Of a stretch of DNA of 64,000 nt, positions 19,314 through 29,344 are shown one piece after another; the stretch's first letter is position 1, and every line of letters starts with the position of its first letter. This DNA is from Gammaproteobacteria bacterium (GTDB taxonomy: Bacteria > Pseudomonadota > Gammaproteobacteria > JAABTG01): assembly GCA_034522055.1 (NCBI GenBank), contig JAXHLS010000006.1:962790-1026789 (forward strand), read 5' to 3'. The notes beneath the pieces are model-generated. The model ran no database searches. It had not been told where the DNA came from and saw nothing but the letters and a program-made list of their open reading frames with translations. The position numbers were made by a program, and so were the translations under genes.

Positions 19314-19841
19314 TCAGTCGGCGGTCGCTACCGCCACGATGGCGTAGCCGTCGCGCCGGTACTGCGCCAGCGCCCCCACCGCCTCCGCCACGGGGGTCAC
19401 TAGGGGAGTGAAACGGCGGCTGTCGTAACCGGACATCACCGCGTAACCGCCACACACCTGGATCACGACATCGTCACGATGCAGGGCCTCGACGATGGAG
19501 CGTAACTGGGGACGCCGGTTCAGATGGCCCTGCATGAAGCCGAACTGTTCCTCGCCATGGGACATCACCACCACCGGCAGGTTGGGACGCCGGGCGCGCA
19601 CCCGTGCCACCAGGGCCTCGATGCGCGGCATCACCGCCTGAAGCTGGTCGATATCCCATTCCACCACCTCGAATACGATGCCCCGGGGCTCAGGGCCCGC
19701 CAACAATTCATCCACCCGCGCCTCCGGCGACGCGGCCATGGCGGTCGCCACCCACAGCAGGGTGACGGACAACAGTGCCCATACCATGGGGAACCGCCAC
19801 GCGCCGGCCCCATGTTTCGCCGCATCACCGGCGGGCATCAC
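19314..19841 (-). CDS. Secreted DsrE/DsrF/TusD-like (YchN-fold) protein
   Basis: Signal peptide, then VVVMSHGEE...VIQVCGGYAVMSG...YRRDGYAIVAV. It is paralogous to the periplasmic domain of the anti-sigma factor at 23334..24083. An ATGA overlap with the upstream gene implies co-transcription. Confidence 0.55.
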   Translation of the reverse strand: MMPAGDAAKHGAGAWRFPMVWALLSVTLLWVATAMAASPEARVDELLAGPEPRGIVFEVVEWDIDQLQAVMPRIEALVARVRARRPNLPVVVMSHGEEQFGFMQGHLNRRPQLRSIVEALHRDDVVIQVCGGYAVMSGYDSRRFTPLVTPVAEAVGALAQYRRDGYAIVAVATAD

Positions 19842-21244
19842 TCTACCCTCAGGGCCAGTGACTTCAGCAGGGCCATGGCCGCGCCGCCGCTGGGGGGCTC
19901 GTCAACCCATGCGAGGCGACTGCTGGAGGAGTCGGGGGTGGTATCCACCAGGCGCTGGCTGTCCATGTGGTAGGCCTTCACCACGCTGGCCTGCCCGCCA
20001 TTGGCCGACAACACCAGCACCTGAAAGCGCTGGCGCGCCCGGCCGCCGTCGAAGAGACTAAAGGCCCAGCGCGGGCCGCCGCCGGCTTCGTCCCGCTCCA
20101 GGCGCCCCGCCTCGCCGTCGTAACGGGCATCGATCCAGCCGGTGCGCAGCATGTGCTGCCCCGGGTCCTGGCGCTCCACCGGGATCCCCTGGCGCTGCAG
20201 GGCCTGCAACAGGGCATCCCAGGTGGCTGCCGGCGGGGCGTAAACCAGGAGGCCGTCGGTGGACAGGGACGCTGTGGTTGCAGGCGGTGCCAGGCGGGGT
20301 TCCCGTAGCGGCGCGGGCGCCGAGCGCCCGGCGAAAGGTAGCGGCGTCGCGTTGGGAGCATTGGCGGCCACCCGCGGGGCGTCCTGGACCTGTGGACGAG
20401 GCCGCCGTGGGACCGGGGCCGAAACAGGCGTCTGGCCGTCGCCCACGGTGCGTGAAGCCTGTGGCGCCGGCCGTGGAGACTCGGCCCGCAGAGACTCGCG
20501 TCGAGCGGCAGCGACCGGCGCCGCGGCCGGTGCCGGGGCATCCAGGGTCACCCCCGGCGTCTCTGCGTCCATCACCACCGCCTCCCGGGTAGTCCCGGCG
20601 CCGGGATCCACCACTACCAGGCGGGAGGACATGGCCGCCTCCAGGGTGCCCTGGATGCGGCGCAGGAAGGCCTCCAGGGTGGCGCGGTCGGTGGGTGCCG
20701 GCGCCCACTCGAACCACGAAGTGGTGCTGTCAGGCGCCATCTCCCGTTCCACCTGGCGCTGGCGATCGGCAATGCGAATCAGGGAGGTCCCGGGGCCCTG
20801 CCCCGGCATCACCTCGAAGGCGAAGCGATGGCGCTCCCGCAGGAGATTACCGAACAGGCCGGTCTTCTGCAGCGAGGCACTGAGGCCCCGCCCCTCCCCG
20901 GCGTCCAGGCGCCACAGCACCCAATCCGTGACCAGGGTGTTGCCTTCTCCGGCAGAAGCTTTGGTCGCAATGGCCAGGCGGTCCAGGGTATCCATCAGCA
21001 GGTCCCGGGCCGCCGCCGGGGCCAGGGGCACTGCCAGGGCGGGAGCGCCATCATGGCTGACGATGCGGGTACGCGTCGTCCCGGATACCTGGTACTGGCC
21101 CTGGTCCGGCAACACCGCCATGGTTTCCCGAGCCTCGCCCCCAGCCGGCAGGGTCCCGCCGGCGGCCAGCAGCAGGAGGGCAGTCAACCATGGGCCGCTT
21201 GATCTGCGGGCCGTGTCCTTGTCTTTGTCCGTGTCTCTGGGCAT
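19838..21244 (-). CDS. Hypothetical secreted protein with a Pro/Ala-rich linker
   Basis: 468-aa ORF with an N-terminal hydrophobic segment and two globular regions separated by a low-complexity PAPA-rich stretch. No confident family assignment. Confidence 0.45.
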   Translation of the reverse strand: MPRDTDKDKDTARRSSGPWLTALLLLAAGGTLPAGGEARETMAVLPDQGQYQVSGTTRTRIVSHDGAPALAVPLAPAAARDLLMDTLDRLAIATKASAGEGNTLVTDWVLWRLDAGEGRGLSASLQKTGLFGNLLRERHRFAFEVMPGQGPGTSLIRIADRQRQVEREMAPDSTTSWFEWAPAPTDRATLEAFLRRIQGTLEAAMSSRLVVVDPGAGTTREAVVMDAETPGVTLDAPAPAAAPVAAARRESLRAESPRPAPQASRTVGDGQTPVSAPVPRRPRPQVQDAPRVAANAPNATPLPFAGRSAPAPLREPRLAPPATTASLSTDGLLVYAPPAATWDALLQALQRQGIPVERQDPGQHMLRTGWIDARYDGEAGRLERDEAGGGPRWAFSLFDGGRARQRFQVLVLSANGGQASVVKAYHMDSQRLVDTTPDSSSSRLAWVDEPPSGGAAMALLKSLALRVE

Positions 21245-21478
21245 GTCTGGGTCCCATCGCTAAAGGCGCGTCGGCGGCCTCCAGGCCGTGCCGGCACACC
21301 GGTTTTGAATTCGTCGGGTTCGCCCCCCCAGGCCAAAAACACCAAGGGCAAAAAGCCAGGGCAAAAAAACCGCCGCCCCGGCCTTGGAGGATGCCGGGAC
21401 GGCGGTGTCGGAGGTTACCCCGAAGGAACAGCGGCGGGCCACCAAGGCACGTCACGCCCGCCATGGTTCACGTCCCTG

Positions 21479-22649
21479 TCAGCGCAGGAGCACATTCTTG
21501 AATATGAAGGTCACCTGGACACCGATGCGATGGTCGATGCCATCGAGGATCTCATTGCCCACCGCCCTGGGTCCGGCTATATCGCGGTCGTTGGCATCGA
21601 AATCCCGCGCCTGGTAGGTGAAGGCCAGACGTGCCTTTTTATGGAAGAAGTACTCGCCGGTGAGGGACAGGGTATCGAACTGCACGGCGCGGGCCGGGTC
21701 GTCCTTGTTGCGGCGCAGGCGATCATAGCGGGCGTTGATAGTGGTGCGGTTCTTGAGTCCCAAGTGCTGGTGGATGTCATAGCCGAGGTCCACATACCAG
21801 CCATCGCTCTCGCCGTCCACGTTGTAGCGCACGCCATCGAGCCGCCTGAACCGGGTGGCCGAGGGAGAGATTGACGTCATCGTTGAACTCGCGATCGCCA
21901 TTCTGGTAGAAGCCATAAATCATGGCATCGTGGCGCCGCGCCCCGCGGGTGCTGTCGAAGAGCTTGGCGAAAGACAGCCAGGCATAGGTGCGCAGGTTGT
22001 CGTCACGGTTCTGGCCGCCGATGGTGTCGCCGTTGCCCAGAGCAGCCGAGTAGGTGAACTCGTAAGGGGCCGCCGGATCACCCCACTCCACCCAGTCGAA
22101 GACCTCGATGCCGATGTCCCGGGCCCCGTTCACCGAGACATCACCGGGGAAGTTGTCGTTGGCGTTGTCGAAGGTGGGCCGGTTCAAGGCGAAGGCCAGG
22201 GTGGCCTCGGGCATGAAGATATGTACCCGGCGCCCCGGCGTGGAGTGGGACAGGGCCTCGGAGGTCTGGGAGAACAGGAACTGGCCTACCCGCAAGCGCG
22301 CCCCCAGGTTGGCCAGGCCATCGTCGTCCACCCCGCGGGAGAGCTGGTTGAAGGTCACCGAGGCATCCAGCAGATGGGCGGCGCCGCCACCGCGGGTGAT
22401 GCCATTCTCGCCCCATTCCGTGAGGAAGAAGTAGTCGATGTCGTTGCTGATGGGAATCATGGTGCCGCGGATACCGAAGCGGGCACGCCGCATGAAGAAG
22501 CTCTCGTCCGAGCCGCGATCCGGCGGGATGGTCCCCGGTGTTATGTCTTCGCCGTTGAGGCCCTGCAACGGCGGCGGCCCCACACCCACGGGGATGTCGA
22601 TGGTATCCGAAAAATCCTTGGCATAGGTGGGCTGCAGGAAGCCCCACAT
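21479..22649 (-). pseudogene. Outer-membrane porin-like beta-barrel gene with an apparent internal frameshift
   Basis: Two overlapping ORFs (21777..22649 and 21479..21916) together give ~390 aa of beta-strand-rich, aromatic-rich sequence (GNGDTIGG, YNVDGESDGWYVDLGYD, VQVTFIFKNV). The frames switch near 21850-21880. No signal peptide was found on the first ORF. Confidence 0.45.
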
Positions 22650-22758
22650 CTGCAGGGTGTGAGCGATCCCGCGCCATCCCGTCTAGATAAAAGACATATC
22701 GATAAAAGGCCCGCCGGCAACGTACCGGCAGGGACCATCACGGGAGGAGAATCAATCG

Positions 22759-23337
22759 ATGAGTGGACTGCTGAAGTTCGGCCGCCGCGCGGCCCTGGAG
22801 AAGGCGGTGGAGGAGATCCGGCAACCCCTGTACGTGACGGCCTACTCCTGGTGCCAGGACGCAGCCCTGGCGGACGACATCACCCACGAGACGGTGTTGA
22901 AGGCTCTGGAGCGCCTGAACAAGCTCAAGAATCCAGACGCCTTCCGGCCGTGGATTTATAAGATTCTGCTAAACTGTTTCCGAGACCACTGGCGCAGCAC
23001 GCGCCCGTCGGTGGAATACGACGAGAACCTGGGCCGGGACCCGGGCGAGTCGGTGGAAGACAACCGCTATCGGGCGGAACTGCGCCGCAAGCTCAACCGG
23101 GGCCTCGCCAGGTTGCCCCTCGGCCAGCGCCAGGTGCTCATCCTGGTGGATCTCCAGGGGCTGTCCTATGCCGAGACCGGCGAGGTGCTGGAGATACCCA
23201 TCGGCACCGTCATGAGCCGGCTCTCAAGGGCCCGCCATACCATGAAGGGTCATCTGGCCGGCGATATGGTGGCGGGCGAAACGGTCAATGGACGAATGAA
23301 GGACGCGAGCCCGGGGAATGTCAGGAGATTTAAGTGA
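22759..23337 (+). CDS. ECF (sigma-70 family, RpoE-like) RNA polymerase sigma factor
   Basis: Sigma-2 region (ITHETVLKALERLNKL, FRPWIYKILLNCFRDHWR) and sigma-4 region (LPLGQRQVLILVDLQGLSYAETGEVLEIPIGTVMSRLSRAR). Confidence 0.85.
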   Translation: MSGLLKFGRRAALEKAVEEIRQPLYVTAYSWCQDAALADDITHETVLKALERLNKLKNPDAFRPWIYKILLNCFRDHWRSTRPSVEYDENLGRDPGESVEDNRYRAELRRKLNRGLARLPLGQRQVLILVDLQGLSYAETGEVLEIPIGTVMSRLSRARHTMKGHLAGDMVAGETVNGRMKDASPGNVRRFK

Positions 23338-24083
23338 CTGCCAGCGACGACAAAGAGAAGATCTTCTGCGACATGGAAGCGAGTCTGACGGGCGACCTCG
23401 CCCCGGAAGACCAAGTGCGTCTGCTGGAGATCCTCAGTCGCGACCCGGAGCTGGCGCGGGAGTATTGTGCCCAACGCTATGCCCGCGAGGCCCTCAAGCT
23501 GGTGTACGGCACCCCGCCGTCCCCACCCTTCGATCACCATAACGGCAAGCACGGGCAACAGAAGGCGCGCTCCCGAGGCGCCTTGTTTTCCCTGGCCACC
23601 GCCGCCGGCCTGACGCTCCTGGTGGCGGGCGGCTTCATGGGGGCATGGCTGGAATCCGCGCGCACCGGCTTCTCACCCGCCTCCTTCGAGACCGCGATGG
23701 ACGAGGCCCAGCCGCGGCTGATGAACACCGTCCTCAATATCTCCACTGACGACGAGGCGGAAGTGCATGAGTTGTTGCTACGGGTGGACGATCTCATGGG
23801 TCGCTCCACGGAGGCCGGGGTGCCGGTGAAGGTGGAGATCGTATTCCACGGCAGCGGCCTGAATCTGGTGCGAAAGGATCATCCCGACCAGGCCCGGCCC
23901 CTGCTCGCCATGATGCGCAACCATCCCAACCTGAAGCTCTACGCCTGCAACCGCACCCGCGCCCGCATGGAGCGAAACCAGGGCAGCATCGAACTCATAT
24001 CACCGGTGCAGGTGGTGAGCCCGGGGGCCCTGGAGTTCGTCATGAAACGGGTCCAGGCCGGCTGGCAGCACTTCAGCACCTGA
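23334..24083 (+). CDS. Membrane anti-sigma factor with a periplasmic DsrE/TusD-like sensor domain
   Basis: ATGA overlap with the sigma gene. N-terminal anti-sigma helix region, one TM segment (LFSLATAAGLTLLVAGGFMGAWL), and a C-terminal domain (VEIVFHGSGLNL...KLYACNRTRARMERNQ...ISPVQVVSPGALEF) aligned to the DsrE-like protein at 19314..19841, with a conserved Cys. Confidence 0.6.
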   Translation: MTASDDKEKIFCDMEASLTGDLAPEDQVRLLEILSRDPELAREYCAQRYAREALKLVYGTPPSPPFDHHNGKHGQQKARSRGALFSLATAAGLTLLVAGGFMGAWLESARTGFSPASFETAMDEAQPRLMNTVLNISTDDEAEVHELLLRVDDLMGRSTEAGVPVKVEIVFHGSGLNLVRKDHPDQARPLLAMMRNHPNLKLYACNRTRARMERNQGSIELISPVQVVSPGALEFVMKRVQAGWQHFST

Positions 24084-24122
24084 AGCGTACAGCCCTTCAG
24101 ACCTTAGAAAAAGGAGAAAAAG

Positions 24123-24146
24123 GGACGGAGGAATTAACCTCCGTTC
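24123..24146. terminator. Hairpin between convergent genes (ACGGAGG-AATTAA-CCTCCGT)
   Basis: 7-bp perfect stem with a 6-nt loop in an AT-rich stretch between the anti-sigma gene and the cytochrome gene. There is no clear U-tract. Confidence 0.3.
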
Positions 24147-24273
24147 GGCTAGCCCCCGGGGCCACGGAGTATTGAACAGGCCACCTATACAACGAAAAAC
24201 AATAAGCTGAAGCTTTCTTGGCGTTCTTCGAGAGAGCCTGTTGTTCGTCGCGGCAAAACCAAACCGCAAAGTA

Positions 24274-24912
24274 TCAGGGACGAAGGCCGAGGTCACGCTT
24301 CAGTTGTATCTCCACCGTTTCCCAGATGAGGGAGCGGCCGTGGCAGGCACGGCAGATCTCCAGGGTGGGTTCCCTGGCCATGAAGGACGTGCCCGCCGCA
24401 GGTTTCTGATCGTGGACCACGTGGCATTCGGTGCAGCCGATCACCCGGTCCATCACTTGCATCTCACCATGCCCCCACGATGAGTGAAAGGACTGGAACG
24501 GCGCCTTTTTGGCCACATCGGCGTGGCAGCGGTTGCAGAAATGATCGGGAATGGGCACCCGCATCTCGTCCGGTTCGCGGAAGTCGCCGAAAAAGTACTG
24601 GAAGGTATTGCGGGCGGCGTGGCTCATGATGATCAACCGTTCCCGCCAATCGGCACCATGGTGGCAATCCGGGCAGCGCAGCCGCTCCTCCTCCGGCTGG
24701 TGATAATGAAGCCCAGCCAGGCTCTGGGGCGGCTCGGCCACCGTGGTGGCCATCTTGGGTCCGTGCAAGGGCCCGCCGTCGGGCAGGTGACAGGAATGAC
24801 AGAAGCCCTCGCCATGGATGCGGTGGTCGAGGGCCCAACCACCACCGAGGGTCCCGACAACCGCCACCATCAGGATCAGGGCCACGAGTCCCGTTCCCCT
24901 GCTCATCAGCAA
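24274..24912 (-). CDS. Membrane-anchored multiheme cytochrome c, NapC/NirT/NrfH family (five CxxCH)
   Basis: N-terminal TM helix, then heme motifs CHSCH, CPDCH, CNRCH, CTECH and CRACH. Confidence 0.75.
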   Translation of the reverse strand: MLMSRGTGLVALILMVAVVGTLGGGWALDHRIHGEGFCHSCHLPDGGPLHGPKMATTVAEPPQSLAGLHYHQPEEERLRCPDCHHGADWRERLIIMSHAARNTFQYFFGDFREPDEMRVPIPDHFCNRCHADVAKKAPFQSFHSSWGHGEMQVMDRVIGCTECHVVHDQKPAAGTSFMAREPTLEICRACHGRSLIWETVEIQLKRDLGLRP

Positions 24913-24940
24913 CTCGGTACTGGACGGTCAGAGCGTATCA

Positions 24941-26146
24941 TTACACCAGTCCACGGGTCCTCCTCAGCAACAGCGGCATGGTCGGCGCCTGCACGAACAG
25001 GGTGAACAGCACCACGCCGTAGGCTATGGCCTGGACGGTGTACCACCACGGGTGCTCCAGGGGAATGGACAGGGCCAGGGCAATGGTGATCGCGCCGCGC
25101 AACCCACCCCAGTAGAGGATGGGCCGGAAGGCGGCGGGCACCGGCTCCACACCGGGCAGCAGGTTCGCCAGCGGGATCCCGGCGAACACCACCGCGCCAC
25201 GGGCCACCAGGGCGGCGCCGATGCCCATGAGCATGGCCAGCCAGCGGTCGCTGAACATGGCCACCGTGATGGTGGCCCCCATGAGCAGGAACACGGCGCC
25301 GTTGGCCAGGTACGCCATGACCTCCCAGCTCTGATGGGCCAGCCGCGACACCTCGCGCCGGGCGTTCAGACCCACCGCGGCGCAGAGCCCCGCGGCCAGC
25401 ACCGCCATCACCCCCGACAAATGCAACACTCCCTCCGCCAGGGCGAAGGCCAGGAATGCCCCGGAGACCGTTAGCCCGACCCGTGCCGGCGGCTCCTCCG
25501 TGACCCTGAACAACACCACCAGCAGCCCCCCCACCAGCGCCCCCACCGCCAGTCCGCCTGCGAACACCCGCAGGAATTCCAGGGTCGCAGCCGCCACCGA
25601 CACCGGGGCCCCAGCGCCGGCCGCGATCCCAAGCAACAGGGCCGCCAGCACGATGGCCGTGGCGTCATTGAACAGGCTCTCGCCATCCATCAGTACGGCG
25701 AGCCGCGGCGACACCCCCATCTTGCGAAACAGGGCGAGCACCGCCACCGGATCGGTGGCGGACAGGATGGCGCCGGCAAACAGGGCCGCCATCCAGGGAA
25801 AGCCGGGACCGATGGCGCTCCGCAACAGCAGGGCGATGACGGCGGTGGAGACCAGCAACAGCGGCACCGCCAGCACCAGGATCATGGGCAGATGGCGTTT
25901 CAGCTGCCCGACATCGAGGTTGAGTGCGGCCTCGAACACCAGGACCGGCAGGAGCACGAAGAACACGATGTCATGAACCGCATCCCAGCGCAGGCCGATG
26001 TCTCCGCCCAGGCCCGTAACCACTTCCGAGGCCACGAAGCCCACCACCACCAGACCCGCGCTCCAGGGGATGCGCAGGCGCGCGAACACGCCCTCCAGGG
26101 CGATGCCCATGACCAGGGTCGCCGTGATGAAGAGCAGCAGATTCAT
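24941..26146 (-). CDS. Na+/H+ (cation:proton) antiporter, CPA1/NhaP type
   Basis: 401 aa with ~11 TM segments and the conserved ATDPVAVLALF motif. Confidence 0.75.
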   Translation of the reverse strand: MNLLLFITATLVMGIALEGVFARLRIPWSAGLVVVGFVASEVVTGLGGDIGLRWDAVHDIVFFVLLPVLVFEAALNLDVGQLKRHLPMILVLAVPLLLVSTAVIALLLRSAIGPGFPWMAALFAGAILSATDPVAVLALFRKMGVSPRLAVLMDGESLFNDATAIVLAALLLGIAAGAGAPVSVAAATLEFLRVFAGGLAVGALVGGLLVVLFRVTEEPPARVGLTVSGAFLAFALAEGVLHLSGVMAVLAAGLCAAVGLNARREVSRLAHQSWEVMAYLANGAVFLLMGATITVAMFSDRWLAMLMGIGAALVARGAVVFAGIPLANLLPGVEPVPAAFRPILYWGGLRGAITIALALSIPLEHPWWYTVQAIAYGVVLFTLFVQAPTMPLLLRRTRGLV

Positions 26147-26162
26147 TGGCGAATCGGACCCG

Positions 26163-26816
26163 TCAGTAAGGCACGACCGCGGTCAGGTCCGCGAGCCGGT
26201 CCCGGGCCACCGCCCGCCGTCGCTCGTACTCCAGGGTCTCGGCCTCGAGTTCGCCGAGCTGACGTTGGAGATCTTTGATCTCCTCCAGCAGCGTCCGCCG
26301 GTCGTCCTTGGAGGTCCCGTCCCCCACCAGTCGCCGCTCCCGGCTGGAAACCTCTTCATGGACGCGCTCCATCCGGCGCTCGTTGGCACGAATGGCGGAG
26401 CCGAGACGGCTGACCTCACGCTGGTGCTCGTGGACCCGCCGGCCGAGGTCATAGCCATCCAGAAAGGCCCCCTCCAGCCGCGGGGGACAGACCCCTTCGT
26501 AGTCCCTGCCGCGGCGGCCCACCTCGTAACCCCTGGCGGGCGTACAGAACTGGGCCAGCCCCTCCCGGTGTCCCCGGCGATAGGCGGCCAGATCGGGGGT
26601 GATACCGAACTCCGCGCAGGCGGAGCGATGGCTGCCCACCTGGGATGGCGGTTCGCCCGCGGCGCCGTCCTCAAGGCCGATGATATGCCAGTCCGCGAAG
26701 CGGCATTCGGATTCGTCGAGGGTGGCACAGCCGGCCAGGACAACGACGGCCAGCAGGGCCCACAACCTGAGCGCGGGCGGGCGGGGAAAAATCGGATCGG
26801 GGCGCGGCGTGGTCAT
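26163..26816 (-). CDS. Lipoprotein with a C-terminal coiled-coil (DUF2799-like)
   Basis: Lipobox LAGC after the signal peptide (start trimmed to ATG 26816, MTTPRPDPIF). Cys-rich globular part, then a charged coiled-coil. The ORF's upstream extension runs into the REP cluster. Confidence 0.55.
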   Translation of the reverse strand: MTTPRPDPIFPRPPALRLWALLAVVVLAGCATLDESECRFADWHIIGLEDGAAGEPPSQVGSHRSACAEFGITPDLAAYRRGHREGLAQFCTPARGYEVGRRGRDYEGVCPPRLEGAFLDGYDLGRRVHEHQREVSRLGSAIRANERRMERVHEEVSSRERRLVGDGTSKDDRRTLLEEIKDLQRQLGELEAETLEYERRRAVARDRLADLTAVVPY

Positions 26817-27022
26817 GGGGGGAAGGATAATGCATATGGGGCGGGTTGTCGGACTGAAGTCCGACCTACAGTCCGACCTACAGCCCGACCTACAGAGACA
26901 CCACCACCGTCTGTTCCTGCGGCACCCGTGTAGGTCGGGATTCATCCCGACATCAAACCCCACCGCATGCACCACGGGCCGGATCGGAACCCCTATCCTT
27001 AGGTGTCGGGATAAATCCCGAC

Positions 27023-28159
<1,137 letters not shown>

Positions 28160-28162
28160 GGC

Positions 28163-28642
28163 TCAGGGGCGGGTGCCGCGAGGCTCGTGGTAGGAGAACT
28201 CCCGCACCACCCCATGCTTGTCGAAGGACAGCACTTGGTAGGCCTCGGGGTTCGGCCCCTCCATGCCGGGCGAACCGATGGGCATGCCCGGCACGGCGAG
28301 GCCCCTGACGTCGGGCCGTTCCTCGAGCAGCCGCATCACGTCGGCGGCGGGGACGTGGCCCTCGATGAGATAGCCATCCACCACGGCGGTGTGGCAGGCC
28401 TCCAGTTGTCGGGGGATGTTGAAGCGATCGAATCCGTGTTCCATGTCCAGCACCTTCTCCGCCTGCACCTCGAAGCCGTTGGCCTTGAGGTGCCGCATCC
28501 ACAGGGAACAGCAGCCGCAGCTGGGGTGGCGGTAAACGGTGATGGGCGGCAGGGCCTCCGCCGACTGCAGGTCGCTGCAGCCGGGGGTGGCGATGACGGC
28601 CAGGACCAGAAGCAGGAGGGGAGTCAGGAATCGTGGGAGCAT
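28163..28642 (-). CDS. DUF411 (CopG-like) periplasmic metal-binding protein
   Basis: Signal peptide, then YRHPSCGCCSLW and AVPGMPIGSPGME, which are characteristic of DUF411. Confidence 0.65.
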   Translation of the reverse strand: MLPRFLTPLLLLVLAVIATPGCSDLQSAEALPPITVYRHPSCGCCSLWMRHLKANGFEVQAEKVLDMEHGFDRFNIPRQLEACHTAVVDGYLIEGHVPAADVMRLLEERPDVRGLAVPGMPIGSPGMEGPNPEAYQVLSFDKHGVVREFSYHEPRGTRP

Positions 28643-28683
28643 CGATGGAGACCTCGGTGGCGCGGTGGAGATGGATGATGAGC

Positions 28684-28850
28684 ATAGAGTGAATAGTGAA
28701 TAGTGAATGGTGAATAGTCGAGCCTCGCTCAGTGGTTGCTTTTACCATTCACTATTCACTATTCACTATTCACTGAATTGCACTATTCACTGCATTTCAC
28801 CATTCACTGAATTGCACCATTCACTAACGCCCCCTACTCCCCCCCCTTTC
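28684..28850. repeat. Heptamer array forming a large palindrome: (AGTGAAT)x4 - 30-bp centre - (ATTCACT)x4, followed by GAATTGCAC-(C/T)ATTCACT repeats
   Basis: Read directly: GTGAATAGTGAATAGTGAATGGTGAATAG...CATTCACTATTCACTATTCACTATTCACTGAATTGCACTATTCACTGCATTTCACCATTCACTGAATTGCACCATTCACT. It lies immediately upstream of the DUF411 gene start. Confidence 0.75.
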
Positions 28851-29322
28851 CATACCCCAATCGCCGGGCCGCGGCCTCTATGCCGCCCAGTTCGCCATCC
28901 AGGTCCGTGTCGTCGCAGGCGCAGTCCGGGCCGAGGGGGATGCCGGGCTCGGGGGCCATGTCCAGCTTCTCCTCCACGGGCATGAGGTCGAACATGAACT
29001 CGTTGGGATCGATGAAGCCGCAGGCTCGCAGGTCGCCGAGGGTGCGGGCGTGGCGCAGGGAATCGAGGAACAGGGCCCGATCGGCAGCGGCTGCGTGGCG
29101 GCCGTAGGCGGCGAACCGGGTCCAGCTGAACCACAGCAGCCCCGCGCCCGCCAGTCCGGCGGCCAGCACCGGAACCAGGCCGCCGGCGCCAGCCGCGAAC
29201 GCCATGCCGCCGCCGCCCACCAACAGGCCGCCCGCCGCCAGGCCGGCAACCGCCTGCCATCGCGCCTGCCGCACGGCCGCCGCGCGGCGCCCATGCTCGG
29301 GCGAGCGGCGGATATCCGCCAT
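28834..29322 (-). CDS. Hypothetical membrane protein (Gly/Ala-rich TM segment, Cys/Asp-rich C-terminus)
   Basis: Start trimmed to ATG 29322 (MADIRRSPEHG). The upstream part of the ORF is repeat B sequence, not coding. Confidence 0.45.
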   Translation of the reverse strand: MADIRRSPEHGRRAAAVRQARWQAVAGLAAGGLLVGGGGMAFAAGAGGLVPVLAAGLAGAGLLWFSWTRFAAYGRHAAAADRALFLDSLRHARTLGDLRACGFIDPNEFMFDLMPVEEKLDMAPEPGIPLGPDCACDDTDLDGELGGIEAAARRLGYGKGGE

Positions 29323-29344
29323 CACTGCATCGAAATCCCGCACA

